From: Peribolospora baueri
Lineage: Eukaryota
Assembly: GCA_029717555.1 (NCBI GenBank)
Contig: JAMDHS010000021.1
Coordinates: 1-64,000, forward strand
Reading direction: 5' to 3'
Length of the DNA stretch: 64,000 bases
The stretch's first letter is position 1, and each line of letters opens with the position of its first letter. The position numbers were made by a program, and so were the translations under genes. The notes under the pieces are model-generated. The model ran no database searches. It worked only from the letters and a program-made list of their open reading frames with translations, and was not told where the DNA came from. Positions 26,392 to 37,592 of this stretch are shown here, in pieces.

Positions 26392-28059
26392 AGTACTTCG
26401 CCATCTACCCTCTCACCTCGTTCACTAGATTTTACTTTCTGTCCTATTGCTCCGGCAGACCTCTGGGCACCGTATTCGCTTGCGCCCAAACCTCTCGTCT
26501 CTCCAGGCCGGCGGTTTTTTTCTACACTAATCGGACCCCTCATATTCGAAAGGCGCTCAATATCATAGAACTGCATGCTCGATGACGAGGTGAAGTGCGA
26601 CGCGTGGTTATTACACGAAGTATCGAGCTGATGAGTTTGCCGCGCAGCGTTGGCCACCGCGCCGGCCTTGAACCTCATGACCGGGTGCGTCTTTCTCTGT
26701 CCGCTGGCGCCAGGATGAGCCTGCAGAGAATGTCTCCAAGCTCGCTCACTGACCGGTCGACCATTGGTCCGCAGACACAAGGGCAACCCCTATGCAGCAG
26801 CTGTAAAGGACGAGTTAAACAAGATTGGGTTTCTGCGGGAGGTGTGGGCCAACGTACGTTCGGCCAGGGTGGTAACTTGGGTAAAGTTGGAGGTTTCCAT
26901 TATGGCCATCCTCACGCCATCTTCGGAGAAATTCACCGTGGTCAGCATGCTCCGACAGGGCGTGGCCGATTTGTTGATGAGGCGGCGTGTCCGGTATCCA
27001 AAGTGGACATTCATCTCGGTCGCAAGGGGGCAAGCATTGAGCGATTTTTGGCCGAGGTGGCAATGATGGCCGAAAACAATGGATCACAAGTCCGTCCGCA
27101 TAGTTCGTGACAGGCACGAGCGGGGGAAGAGCGCGGTGCGCAAGTTCATCAGTCACTCTCTCGAGGGACACACCTGGCTGGACCAAGCTCGGGATGAACG
27201 TCTTCTTCCCGTTTGAGCGATTCTGAGTGACGAATGCCAACTTCATTATAATTCCTCGAATCAGTGTCACGTTCGCCAAGATCGGTCTCGACTCTTGTTG
27301 GAAAGTGACGTACGGGGATGTGGGAGGGTTACGTGCCGGGAGCTTTCTAGCTTTGGCTCGAGGTTCACTCACGTATGAGGTTATGAACATCTCGTCATCC
27401 AAGATTCACCAGCGGTGTTGTGATCGCTTGGTCGTAGGCCGCGTAACTCTCGCGGGGGATAATGGCAATTCTCACGAATTTTTTTTCTCCGAGCGATGTG
27501 CAAGGCCTACGCGTCAGGTACGACGAGACGAGGCGGCAGAATCCTCGCTCCGTACTCTCTCGGCTCAGACAGCCCTGCTGAGCAGGACCCATTCCTTAAG
27601 ACGATGCTGAACCCCGGCCATGGGTGGAAGGCGGAGCTGACAAATCAGTCTTTTAAGTTCTGTCATGACTTACACGCAATGTATGATGATCTTATCGGCG
27701 GTGCATCGAAAACTGCAGGAGCGGGGAGACCGTTGTGTGCAGCCTTCTGTGGGTGGGCAAAACGTTAGTTGACGTTACAGGTTACGCGGATTGAAGTGAT
27801 ATCTGATAACACAAAGCCCTTCATCTACGTTCTCAGCGCCGGCTTATCTCGATGTTCTCCATGCCAAGATGAACTCATGGACGTGACGAGAGCCGAGCGC
27901 ACCAAGATCTGCAATTATACGTCCCGATGTCCATTGTCCATTCTACATTCCTCCAACCATGGACCACACGGCAAGTATGATGGGGATAAAAAACAACGTT
28001 GCCCTTCGGGCTGTTGCATATGGACCAATTAGACCAACCCTTCATCGCACAATACCAAA

Positions 28060-29877
28060 TCACCGCACTCTATTGAGCACCTTGTCCGTCAACTGCTCCA
28101 ACGCCACTCTCGCCTCAGACTCAGGGAGGATCTGCAGCGCCTCTCGTGCGAACGAGGCATGCTGAGAGGCCAGTTCGGCGGTGCGTGAGAGCCCCGTTGA
28201 TCGCGAGACGAGGTCGCGCGCCTGGAAGTGAAAATGAGCGAGGTACACAGAGGGCCAAGAGGACGGCATGAGATGGGAGAAGATGAACGGAGGTCGTGAG
28301 CGAGCGAGTCGCCATTAATCACCGTCACCATTGTAACCAATATAGGACGTCGCGATGCAGACTTACCCTCTCAACGTCCCCTTCGCCGGAAAACTTTCTA
28401 GAGATCATCTCTCCCATCTCCGGGTACTCCTCCCACGCATAAAGGGCGGGAGCAGTGGCAAGCCCTAGTCTCAGGTCGGCGCCTTGAGAAGGCTTGCCAA
28501 AGGAAGTGCTCGTGACGGAAAAGTCGAGGAGATCGTCAACGAGCTGACCATGCGATGACAAAGATTGTCAGCCAAAGAAAAATAGAAGAAACCGTCACGC
28601 GATGGGAAAAAAGCCTGAGCGGGTTAAGTGCACGTTACAAGCTCCGTGCTCACCTGAAACGCAATGCCAAGATTCCGACCGTATCCATACGCCGCATCCT
28701 TGACTTTCTCGCCATCCTCCCACCCTTGCCTGAGACCACAGCCACCCAAGATGGCAGCCGCCCTGGCAGATTTCCCTATCAAGCTGGCCGTCTTCAGGTA
28801 CGTCTTCTGCATGTAGTGTTCAAAGATCTCCCTCGTGGGCCCGCTCCTATTAGCGCCCTCCGATCCCGCCTCCCTGGTACCGTTCCAGAACGTGGCAAAA
28901 GAGCTCCGGTTCGGTTTAGGGTTAGCAGACGCCTTAAGTTGCATCACCTCCCCCTCAACGAGATTGGCGATCACTGTTGCCAACAGTTCCACCACCTCGT
29001 TGCTCCCCAGTCGACTCAGCGCGACGGACGCCCGGCCGAGGAGGAAGTCGCCACCGAGGATGGAAAGCTTGTTCCCGAACGCGGCAGGGGCCGAAGGTTG
29101 GCCTCTCCGTTGTTCAGAGGCATCAATCACGTCGTCGTGAAGTAGCGAGGCCACGTGGATCATCTCTGTGATCTCGGCGAGACGCCGCTGGGTGGGCAAG
29201 ATCGGGGTTTGGGAATTGAGGAGTGAGGATGAAGAGGATGAGGAATCGGCGGCGGAGAGTCGTAATCGTCGTCGCTCCTCATCGTGAGGGTTGTAATCGT
29301 TGAGGACGTCCGCAGGGCTCAGGGACTCGTCTACGCCGCCGCCCCATTCATCGCCCGTTCCACTACGTCCCATCGCATATCCGTCATCCACCGCTCTGCT
29401 TCCACTCCTCAATACCTCCTGCCACTGTGGACTGATACCATTGATAGCCTGGCTGATGAGAAGCACAATCAGCGGCCGAATTTGCTTGCCCTCCGCATGG
29501 AAATAGTACTTTGCGATCGTGTCCAGAGAAGGGTGGCCGGAGCCAAGGAGGGAGCGCACGTTGTCTCGGAGAGAGGAAAGCTCCTTGCCGACAAGCTTGA
29601 GGGGGTCGATAGCACCAAACGAAGATGAGGAAGAGGAAACTTGGCCAGAGACTACGGAAGACGCTGCCTTGACGGCTGCCGCCCAGCCCGAGCTGTGTCG
29701 CTTGAAGACGCTGGTGGACGCCGCCTTGGCCGGGTGAGCACAAGGACGAGAAGCAAGTGCCGCCGCGGAAGACGGATAGGCCGGCCGTCTTCCAGGTGCC
29801 CTAGAGGCAGACGACAGGGCAAATCCAATGCCACTGACGGCACTGGCGTGAAGACGACCGGAGGAGGCGGCCGCCAT
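28060..29877 (-). CDS. COQ1: Polyprenyl (hexa/decaprenyl) diphosphate synthase, mitochondrial
   Basis: GKQIRP, EMIHVASLLHDDVID (FARM), GDFLL, LVEGEVMQ, KTASL, GIAFQ|LVDDLLD (SARM), DLRLGLATAP; three exons. Confidence 0.95.
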
Positions 29878-30603
29878 GGTGCTCGTCGTGGTGGACTCGC
29901 GAGCGATGTGAGCGGTTCAGGTCTTCCGTCTATCGTCCTTCGCAGTGATCGGACCGATTCTTCTCGCGCGCTCCGAGTACCGCAGCCTGGAACGAGTCGC
30001 ACAAGCCGGAGCAGATCCCTTATGTCATTTGCTCACGTGACCTTTTTGTTCCCATCTCTTAAATATAAGGTCACTGGACATCATTCCGTCAGTCGGCAAG
30101 CGTTTAGAACGAGCATCGACTGGCTTGCATGCTGTGCTGGGAAGCTTCGCTTTCATGTCGGGCTTGCGTCCTTATCAGACCGGCGTCCTATGCTTGCATT
30201 GTGCACGGTACCAGCTGACCTCATAGGGCGCTCGACTGAAGAGGGCCCGGCTCCGCCCTTGCTCGGGTATTCTAATTTAGGAAGGCCTGGTCAGGGCTCC
30301 TCCACCTCTCCTACCGGTCTTCGGTCGCTGTTACCTGTTCTCGCACCCGCTCTTCCTCGTCATGGAGTTGATGCTCGCTCACGTTTTTCGATTTTCGTGA
30401 AGAAGACGCATCTCGCTGCCTTGAGCTCGAGTTACAGTAGGCCCGGTCGCGCTCCCGGTCAATAACGCTCGCCGTCGAAGAGGTGAGTCCCTGTCCTCAA
30501 AGAATTGGCACACATATTGAGTCGACTCGAACTGCGTTGATGAGCGTCTTCATGACTGGCCAAGGTCACTTCGCCTCTTCCCGCCCCAAGGCCGCACGCG
30601 CCC

Positions 30604-31485
30604 ATGCTGCTGCTTCGCTGTCCTCCAGAGATTGTGGAGATCGTGGTCGAGTTCAGCGTGCTCGACTCGACCAGCATGGGTGCGACGCTGGCGCTTGTCT
30701 CTCGACTCTTTTGCCAGCTCGCCATTCGACACCTCTACAAAGACGTCTCCATTCGCTCCCGCCAGGCCTTTGAGCTCCTCCTCCGTACCGCCGTCTCCCA
30801 ATCCGGGCCGCGTCTCCTCGGTCACACCTGTCACCTCTCCCTGGATTGGTCCCTCTCTTGGAGTCCTCTGCAACCGGGAATAGTCACTTCTTCGGAGATG
30901 GACTCGCTGCTCTCCTCCTGCTCGCCCTTTTCCCTGCGCACCCTCTCTCTCTTTCCGACGGGCAAGGAATCAGGAGCTGGCGCCTTGCAAAACCGCGCCA
31001 TATACTCCCTCCATGGCCTGCAGGAGCTCAGAGCGACTGCCGAGCACGAAGACTTTACTTGCACTCCCCGAGGATGGGCTCGGCTGGAGAAGGTTTGGCT
31101 ACTCATACGCTCCTGGGACCTTGGAAAGCTCTCCCGTTCCCATCGATTCCTATACGCTGTCTTCGGAGGCGGGATGCCCAACATTCGGGAGTTCACCGTC
31201 GCCTTTCGTCATCTCGACGACGTGGACGTCGACTTCCTTACGGACTTCTTGCGCGTCGCGGATGAGGCAGTTCTACATGCGGGTTACTTGGGCTACAACG
31301 AGCATGATGAGTTGGTTCAGAGGAGGTTGCTCATCAGGGTAGTGGGGCTGGGTGGCAAGAAGAGTATCACAGATGCTGAGAAGCGGGCGGCGGAGCGCAT
31401 CGAACTGCATGTCGCGTATCTCGACTTGGCCGGACTGAGCGTCAAGGTGATGTTGATAGATAAGACCCACGTCGCGGGCTGTTGA
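30604..31485 (+). CDS. F-box-like hypothetical protein (paralog A)
   Basis: 293-aa single-exon ORF with N-terminal LRCPPEIVEIVV...LALVSRLFCQLAIRHLY, an F-box-like pattern. Clear similarity to 32073-33041. Confidence 0.7.
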   Translation: MLLLRCPPEIVEIVVEFSVLDSTSMGATLALVSRLFCQLAIRHLYKDVSIRSRQAFELLLRTAVSQSGPRLLGHTCHLSLDWSLSWSPLQPGIVTSSEMDSLLSSCSPFSLRTLSLFPTGKESGAGALQNRAIYSLHGLQELRATAEHEDFTCTPRGWARLEKVWLLIRSWDLGKLSRSHRFLYAVFGGGMPNIREFTVAFRHLDDVDVDFLTDFLRVADEAVLHAGYLGYNEHDELVQRRLLIRVVGLGGKKSITDAEKRAAERIELHVAYLDLAGLSVKVMLIDKTHVAGC

Positions 31486-32072
31486 GCATCGATGCTCGTT
31501 TGGAAATTTCATCCGCACGGTTCCACGGCTGCGTCGGAGACCCTGCAACGCCCGATGTCTGTGTTTTACGAACGCCATCACCGGTCAAACGGTGCGCACT
31601 GATCAGGCTTCACGGCGTGTGTTAACCGGCGCAACCAGTAATTGCATGTCCCTTGTCATCTTCCGCAAAAGGAAAAACCCAACCCTTCCGCGCCGTTCCG
31701 ACCCGTCGCCTGTAGTCAGTCGTCGCCATGGTCCGTCCGGTCCGAGACATTAGTCTTCTATCCATCCACTCCGGTCAGTCTGGCCAGTTCCGCCTGGCTC
31801 GGTCTGCGCACGCGATGCATTCCGACGCGGACGGAATGGCCGCCCAGCAACAGCAGCAGCGCAAACACTTCTTCTTACACCCTGACATCGTCAACCACCC
31901 GCGAGGAAGTTGAGACGAAGGGTTCACGAGGTGAGTGTGGCTTGAGAGGTCAGTGAGGACAAACGTTCGCGTGTTGGTTTCTCTGCTGATGTGCTTGCTA
32001 TCTGCCTAACCTCCTCGTCAGGACGATAGATACCCTCTCCTTCCCGTTCTCCTCCCTAACCAACGCACAACC

Positions 32073-33041
32073 ATGGATCTCTCTCGATTCCCCGTAGAGC
32101 TCATAGAAAAAATCATTCGCGAGGCCGCCTCTATCGACGGCACGACGGCGGCGGCGCTCGCCCGTGTCTCTCGTCCCTTCAATGCGGTGCTCACACATCT
32201 GCTCTACACTTCAGTCATCATTCGCTCAAGAACTTCTCTCGATCTCCTCCTTCGTACGCTCGTCTCTCCCCGCGGCACCTTCCTCCTCAGCAAAGTTCGC
32301 CGACTGGACCTCAGCTGGAATGTCTCCACGGAGCCATTCTCTGTGCAACGCATGGGCCGCCCCCGACGACTTTACACGCCCCACGAGCTCGATCTCCTCC
32401 TGAGCACGTGCAGCGAGAGCCTGGAGGCGTTCGTGAGCTACAGTAACGACAGTACCGCTCCGGCCTTACACAGTCGTGCGCTGTACTCGTGTTCCAATCT
32501 CACCCAACTCCTCGTCAGCGTCGACGGCGCCGGAGGAGCAGAGGACATGGTCCTCGACTGGGCAGGATTCGCCTCCGCCGACGGAGATTCGACAGGTCTC
32601 GGAGCAGAAGCGGACGCGTTCAAGTGTGCCCCAAGACATTGGGGGAGGCTAAAGGTGCTGCAGCTGGTATTCCACTCTGGGGCGGATTTGCGAGGACTAA
32701 TCGAGGCGGATCGATTCCTGGCTGGGCTGTTAAAGGGGACAGTGGCGTGCCCAAGCAAGGTTGAATACCTCATTTTAGCGTTCAAGTCGTTGACCGGCTT
32801 CACGGCGGAGGTGCTTGATGACTTAATCCGAGCGATAGAGCGCTCATGGAGTGGACCTGAGGTCGGATCAGGGCCCAAGGACGAGGAGAAGGGGAAAGTC
32901 AAGACCTTGGCAGTTGTGCTGCTCAAGATGGACCGGACGGATGGAGGCGAAGAAACCTGGGCGGAGCTCAAAAGTGCGGAGGCGCGGAGGGTACAGAGGG
33001 GCAAAGGGGGTGTTCAGATGATCCTGCAAGAAAGGAAGTGA
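32073..33041 (+). CDS. F-box-like hypothetical protein (paralog B)
   Basis: 322-aa single-exon ORF with LSRFPVELIEKII...LARVSRPFNAVLTHLLY. A probable 5'UTR intron lies at about 31931-32021. Confidence 0.7.
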   Translation: MDLSRFPVELIEKIIREAASIDGTTAAALARVSRPFNAVLTHLLYTSVIIRSRTSLDLLLRTLVSPRGTFLLSKVRRLDLSWNVSTEPFSVQRMGRPRRLYTPHELDLLLSTCSESLEAFVSYSNDSTAPALHSRALYSCSNLTQLLVSVDGAGGAEDMVLDWAGFASADGDSTGLGAEADAFKCAPRHWGRLKVLQLVFHSGADLRGLIEADRFLAGLLKGTVACPSKVEYLILAFKSLTGFTAEVLDDLIRAIERSWSGPEVGSGPKDEEKGKVKTLAVVLLKMDRTDGGEETWAELKSAEARRVQRGKGGVQMILQERK

Positions 33042-33280
33042 ATCGCTCGCTCTTTATCGGCGCTACTCGGCAACTCTGGGGATTTTGTTGTATGATATCT
33101 GTCCTGACGAGCCGCTTGCAGCGACGCCGAGCTCGTCTCGACCTATGCTTGGAACAGCATTCACAGGCTACTGGGTGCGTTCACCTCATTCGTACTACAG
33201 TCCAGTAGAAGGGACACAAGCCAGCGCCTGAACGCCACGCTGTTTAATTATCCAAAAAAACCTATGACCATGTCAACTGG

Positions 33281-33773
33281 TCAGTCGACCGAGACACCTT
33301 GGTCCCGGAGGGTGTTTTTCGCCGTGTTGATATCCTGTGGGCAAAAAATGTGTGAACGCCGTTAGGAGAAAGAAACACAGACTGGAAAATAGAAGACAAC
33401 AGTTGCGACAACACACATGCAGCAGCTCTTCATATGCTTCTGGACAATCGCGGAACGTGAAGATGCCCCAGCCCAGATTCCAGAGAAGATATGATCCGAA
33501 GGACACGAGTGCCCACCACGGAAACTGCAAGTGCAAACAGAATGTGTATCAACAAAGAGTCACATATCCAGACCAGGGGCGAAAGGCAGGTTCTTGCCTG
33601 GTTTCCCCCTTTCCGACCCACAGAGTGAGAAGCATTAGTGAACTCACCACGGTCAAGACCTGGCTCTTCTGCTCGTCTCCGACCAGCGGCGTAGGGATGA
33701 CCCCGAGTAGAAGGAGGAGGTATATGGCGGCGAGGATGCCTGCGTTGGCAGCGAACCGGGTTGCCCGGGACAT
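33281..33773 (-). CDS. DPM3: Dolichol-phosphate mannosyltransferase subunit 3
   Basis: Three exons giving MSRATRF...|FPWWALVSFGSYLLWNLGWGIFTFRDCPEAYEELLH|DINTAKNTLRDQGVSVD*. Confidence 0.93.
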
Positions 33774-33971
33774 GACGATGGTTTTCAAGGTAGTTGGAGC
33801 AGAAGTGTAGGTTGCGAGAAGGTCAAGGCAAAGCGCGCCTTGTTGATCACGTGGGGGCCGAACCTCGTTCAGTATTCGTCGATCGGCAAGCCAACCACCA
33901 CTCGTTTTCCCATCCTCGACGCTCTTCTCCCCTCGTTCCCCTCAAGCGCCGGAGATCACCAGGCTTCAAAA

Positions 33972-36900
33972 TGGCGATCATGTCCAACGGCGATTCGGAC
34001 AAGAAGGTGCCGCTTTCCGTCGAGGCGCTCCTTGCCAAGCAGAGAGAGGAGGCTGCAGTGAAGGTGAACCAATGGACACTAAAGTTGCCACTCGTTTTTC
34101 CGCTTCCGTGCTGAGCATCACTTGTCCATTTAACAGCCCAAGTTCCTGACCAAGGCTGAACGAGAGAAGCTTGCACTGGAGCAACGGCAACAGGAGGTTG
34201 CGACCAAGAAGGAGAAGGAGGAGAAAGAGCGAAAGGAGAGGGAGGAGTTTGAGAGAAAGGCTCACGAGGAGGCTCGCAAGAACGATCCTCGTTATCAATC
34301 GAGATGTGAGCAATTGAGTTTTTATTCTCTCTTTTGCTGTTATGAGCGACTCCTGATCCTATCGGCGTGGCTTGCACCATGTACCTGTCCGTGCAGACGA
34401 TGATTCTCGCAGCTCATATTACGATGATCGGGACCGTCACTATAGAGACGGCATCCCGACCGGTCCTCGAGCGGATCGACGCTCAGATGGGCGCTCTTCC
34501 TCTTACCGGGATGATCGCTACCGTGAAGACCGCTACCGGGGCGACCGCTACCGAGATGATCGCCGGCGGGACGACCGATACCGGGACGATCGGTACCGTG
34601 ATGATCGCGACCGGTCCGGGAGGGAGAGAGACAGAGTTTGGGACAAGGACAGGGTCTCTAGCTCTCGCGACGTTTCCTATCGAGCTTCACCCGCGGACGG
34701 CGCTGGCCGGCCGAATGGGCCTTCCAACGGAAGCTCGAAACCCTTGGCCAATGGCAACGGTGCAAAGGAGGAAATTGCACCAGCGACGGAGAAGGAGATG
34801 CAGCTTATCAGGGAGAGATACCTGGGAGGGGAGAGGCAAAAGAAGAAGAAGGCGCGCAAGACAGCGCAGTCCAAGTTCCTGTTTGATTGGGATCAAACCG
34901 AGGACACGACCGACGATGTCAACCCCATCTTCGCTGAAAGCGTTCCCGTGCAGCTCTATGGCAAGGGGCAGGCGGGTGGCGTGGATCCGAGTCTGCGCCC
35001 AGGGGCCATGACGAATGAGCATAGGATGTGAGTTGATTGTTTTACTATTCGTCCTCGGTCCCATCTGCAGTCTTCCTCTACCGTGTCGTTGCTGACCAAG
35101 GCCTTTCCGGCTCTACAGGTCGTCCGTGGACCATGTTGAGGGCAGGCGGCCGAGGAAACACGGTCGAGACGAACGGCATTGGTCGGCAAAGAGGCTGGAG
35201 GAGATGACGGAAAGGGATTGGCGTATCTTCCGCGAAGACTACGCCATCGCAGCGCGAGGTGCTTGTCCATTCTTCTGCTTCCTTTGCTGGATTGATCTTC
35301 GCTGCGGTTGACCGAGACGACCCGGACTTCAATTCTACTTCTTCACAGGCGGCTCCATTCCGCTGCCTTTACGTTCTTGGAAGGAATCGTCCATTCCAGC
35401 ATCTATCCTGGATGTTATCGACCAGATCGGTTACAAGGAGCCTTCGCCAATTCAGCGCCAAGCTATCCCCATTGGCCTTCAAAATCGCGATCTCATTGGC
35501 ATTGCAGAGACAGGTTACCAATTCTCTTTCTCTTCCCTTAATATCGAAGAGTTTTCTTACTTAAAATCGCTGGACCATCTTTCTTTGCAGGATCTGGAAA
35601 GACGGCCTCATTCGTTATTCCCATGCTGGTTTACATCAGTGAACTACCGCCGCTCACCGAAGAGTCCAAGCGTCTCGGCCCTTACGCTCTCATCCTCGCC
35701 CCAACTCGAGAGCTGGCTCAGCAGATCGAAGGCGAGACGAGAAAGTTTGCGTCTGCGCTCGGATACCGATGCGTTTCCATCGTCGGAGGGGTGCGTAGAC
35801 TAGGATCATGGCTGAGTTTGGGACAGGGACGGGAACAGGGACAGGGACAACAGAACTAACGTACCGTCATTTTCCCTCGTCCTACGCACTCGCGGTAGCG
35901 CGCGATCGAAGAGCAAGCGACAAACATGGAAAAGGGAGCGGAGATCGTAATCGCCACGCCTGGTCGTTTGAAGGACTGCATTCAGAGTCACGTGCTTGTG
36001 CTCAGCCAGTGCACGTACGTTGTCATGGATGAGGCAGACCGGATGATTAACCTTGGCTTTGAGGACGTGGTCAACTACATTCTCGACTCGCTGCCCGTCT
36101 CTAACGTCAAGCCCGATACAGACGACGCAGAAGATCCGCTCCGGATGTTGAGGAAGACAGGCGAGGAGAAGGTATCCAAGTACCGCGTGACGAGTTAGTG
36201 AAGCTTCTCTCTACCTCCTCAACGCCGGTCAGCACGAGATCGTTCTGAACCTCTCCTCCTCTTCCTCTTACGCCAGTGCTGTACTCGGCTACTATGCCTC
36301 CGCAAGTCGAGCGTCTGGCGCGGAAGTACCTCCGGCGACCCGCCACGATCACAATCGGTGATAGCGGAGCGGCGGTCGGCACGGTCATGCAGAACGTTGA
36401 GTTCATCAAGTCGGAGGAGAAGAGAAAGTGAGTGCCCAATTTATGTTTCCTGCCCGAATCCTGGCCTTCTGAGCTCGACCTTCCGCGGGCTCAGTGCTCA
36501 CTGGACCCCATACGCTATGACTTCAATTCCTTTAGGGCACGCTTGCTCGAGATCCTGGCCTCAGAGCAGTATGCGCCTCCGATCATCGTCTTCGTCAACC
36601 AGAAGAAAGCAGCAGATATGGTGTCGAAGGATTTGGTCCGTGCTGGCGTGAGTCTGTCTTCCATCGTGCCCAGATATCGATTTGTCGCTGTGTTGTCGAA
36701 TGTTCCTTTTGACACTATTTGTCTTTTCCCTTCCCAAAGTGGAACGCTACGACGCTACACTCTGGAAAGACGCAAGAGCAGCGAGAGCAGTCGCTTCGCG
36801 AGCTGCGCTCGGGGGAAGCTCCTGTGCTCGTGGCAACGGACCTCGCTGGACGCGGTATCGACGTACCGGACGTGTCGCTCGTCATCAACTTTCAGATGTC

Positions 36901-37434
36901 GAACCATATCGAGGCTTACGTCCACCGCATCGGTGGGTCTTCGCTCCAGTTCTCGCTCATATTCGCTCCTCGTTGATTCTTTCGCTTATCAATTTCTTCT
37001 TACATCACTCCCCATAGGTCGTACCGGCCGAGCTGGCAAGACAGGCACTGCGATCACCTTCCTGGCAGACGACGATGACGAGGTCATGTGAGTTGAAACT
37101 CGGGGCTGTGTATGCCAACGTCGCATCCTGGGCGCCATTAGTTGACGTCTCTTTGTTGCCTTTACGTTTTTGTCCCTGCTTCTGCCGTGCTGTGCGCCGT
37201 GCACCTTCCATCTTCACCAGGTACGACCTCAAGCAAGAGATCGGCCGCAGTCCGATCAGCAAGGTTCCCGTCGAGCTGGCAAAGCATCCTTCTGCTCAGG
37301 TAAGTCACCCGGTCCGTTCCGCCTTTAGAGCAGACTGGCAGCCGACTCATGGCCATCCGTTCTCGTCGGCGCCATCGCCTCCTCAGACTCGTATCACTCG
37401 AGAGATGAAGAGGAAGAGAGATGAGGAAGAGTAG
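33972..37434 (+). CDS. PRP28: Pre-mRNA splicing DEAD-box RNA helicase
   Basis: [16 protein letters not shown]-rich region, [69 protein letters not shown]; many introns, all phase-consistent. Confidence 0.96.
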
Positions 37435-37592
37435 CCGAGAAGGATCTGCATGTATTTCCTCCGTCGTTCCATGGAGAAAAGTAGGGTTGCGTGCAAATGT
37501 CACCTCTAAGAAAGCGAGAAGACTGGCTGCGTGTCCGCCGCTCATCACCATCCACTACCACCACCCATCTTCCGGCTCTCTCTTTGCCCCAA

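Noticed and set aside
29641..30465. 274-aa + strand ORF
   Set aside because: It overlaps the COQ1 5' end and promoter, starts at TTG and has no motifs.
34440..34660. RYRDD-type repeats as a CRISPR-like or mobile repeat
   Set aside because: This is the ordinary coding RD/RS-rich domain of PRP28; the genome is eukaryotic and there is no repeat-spacer structure.
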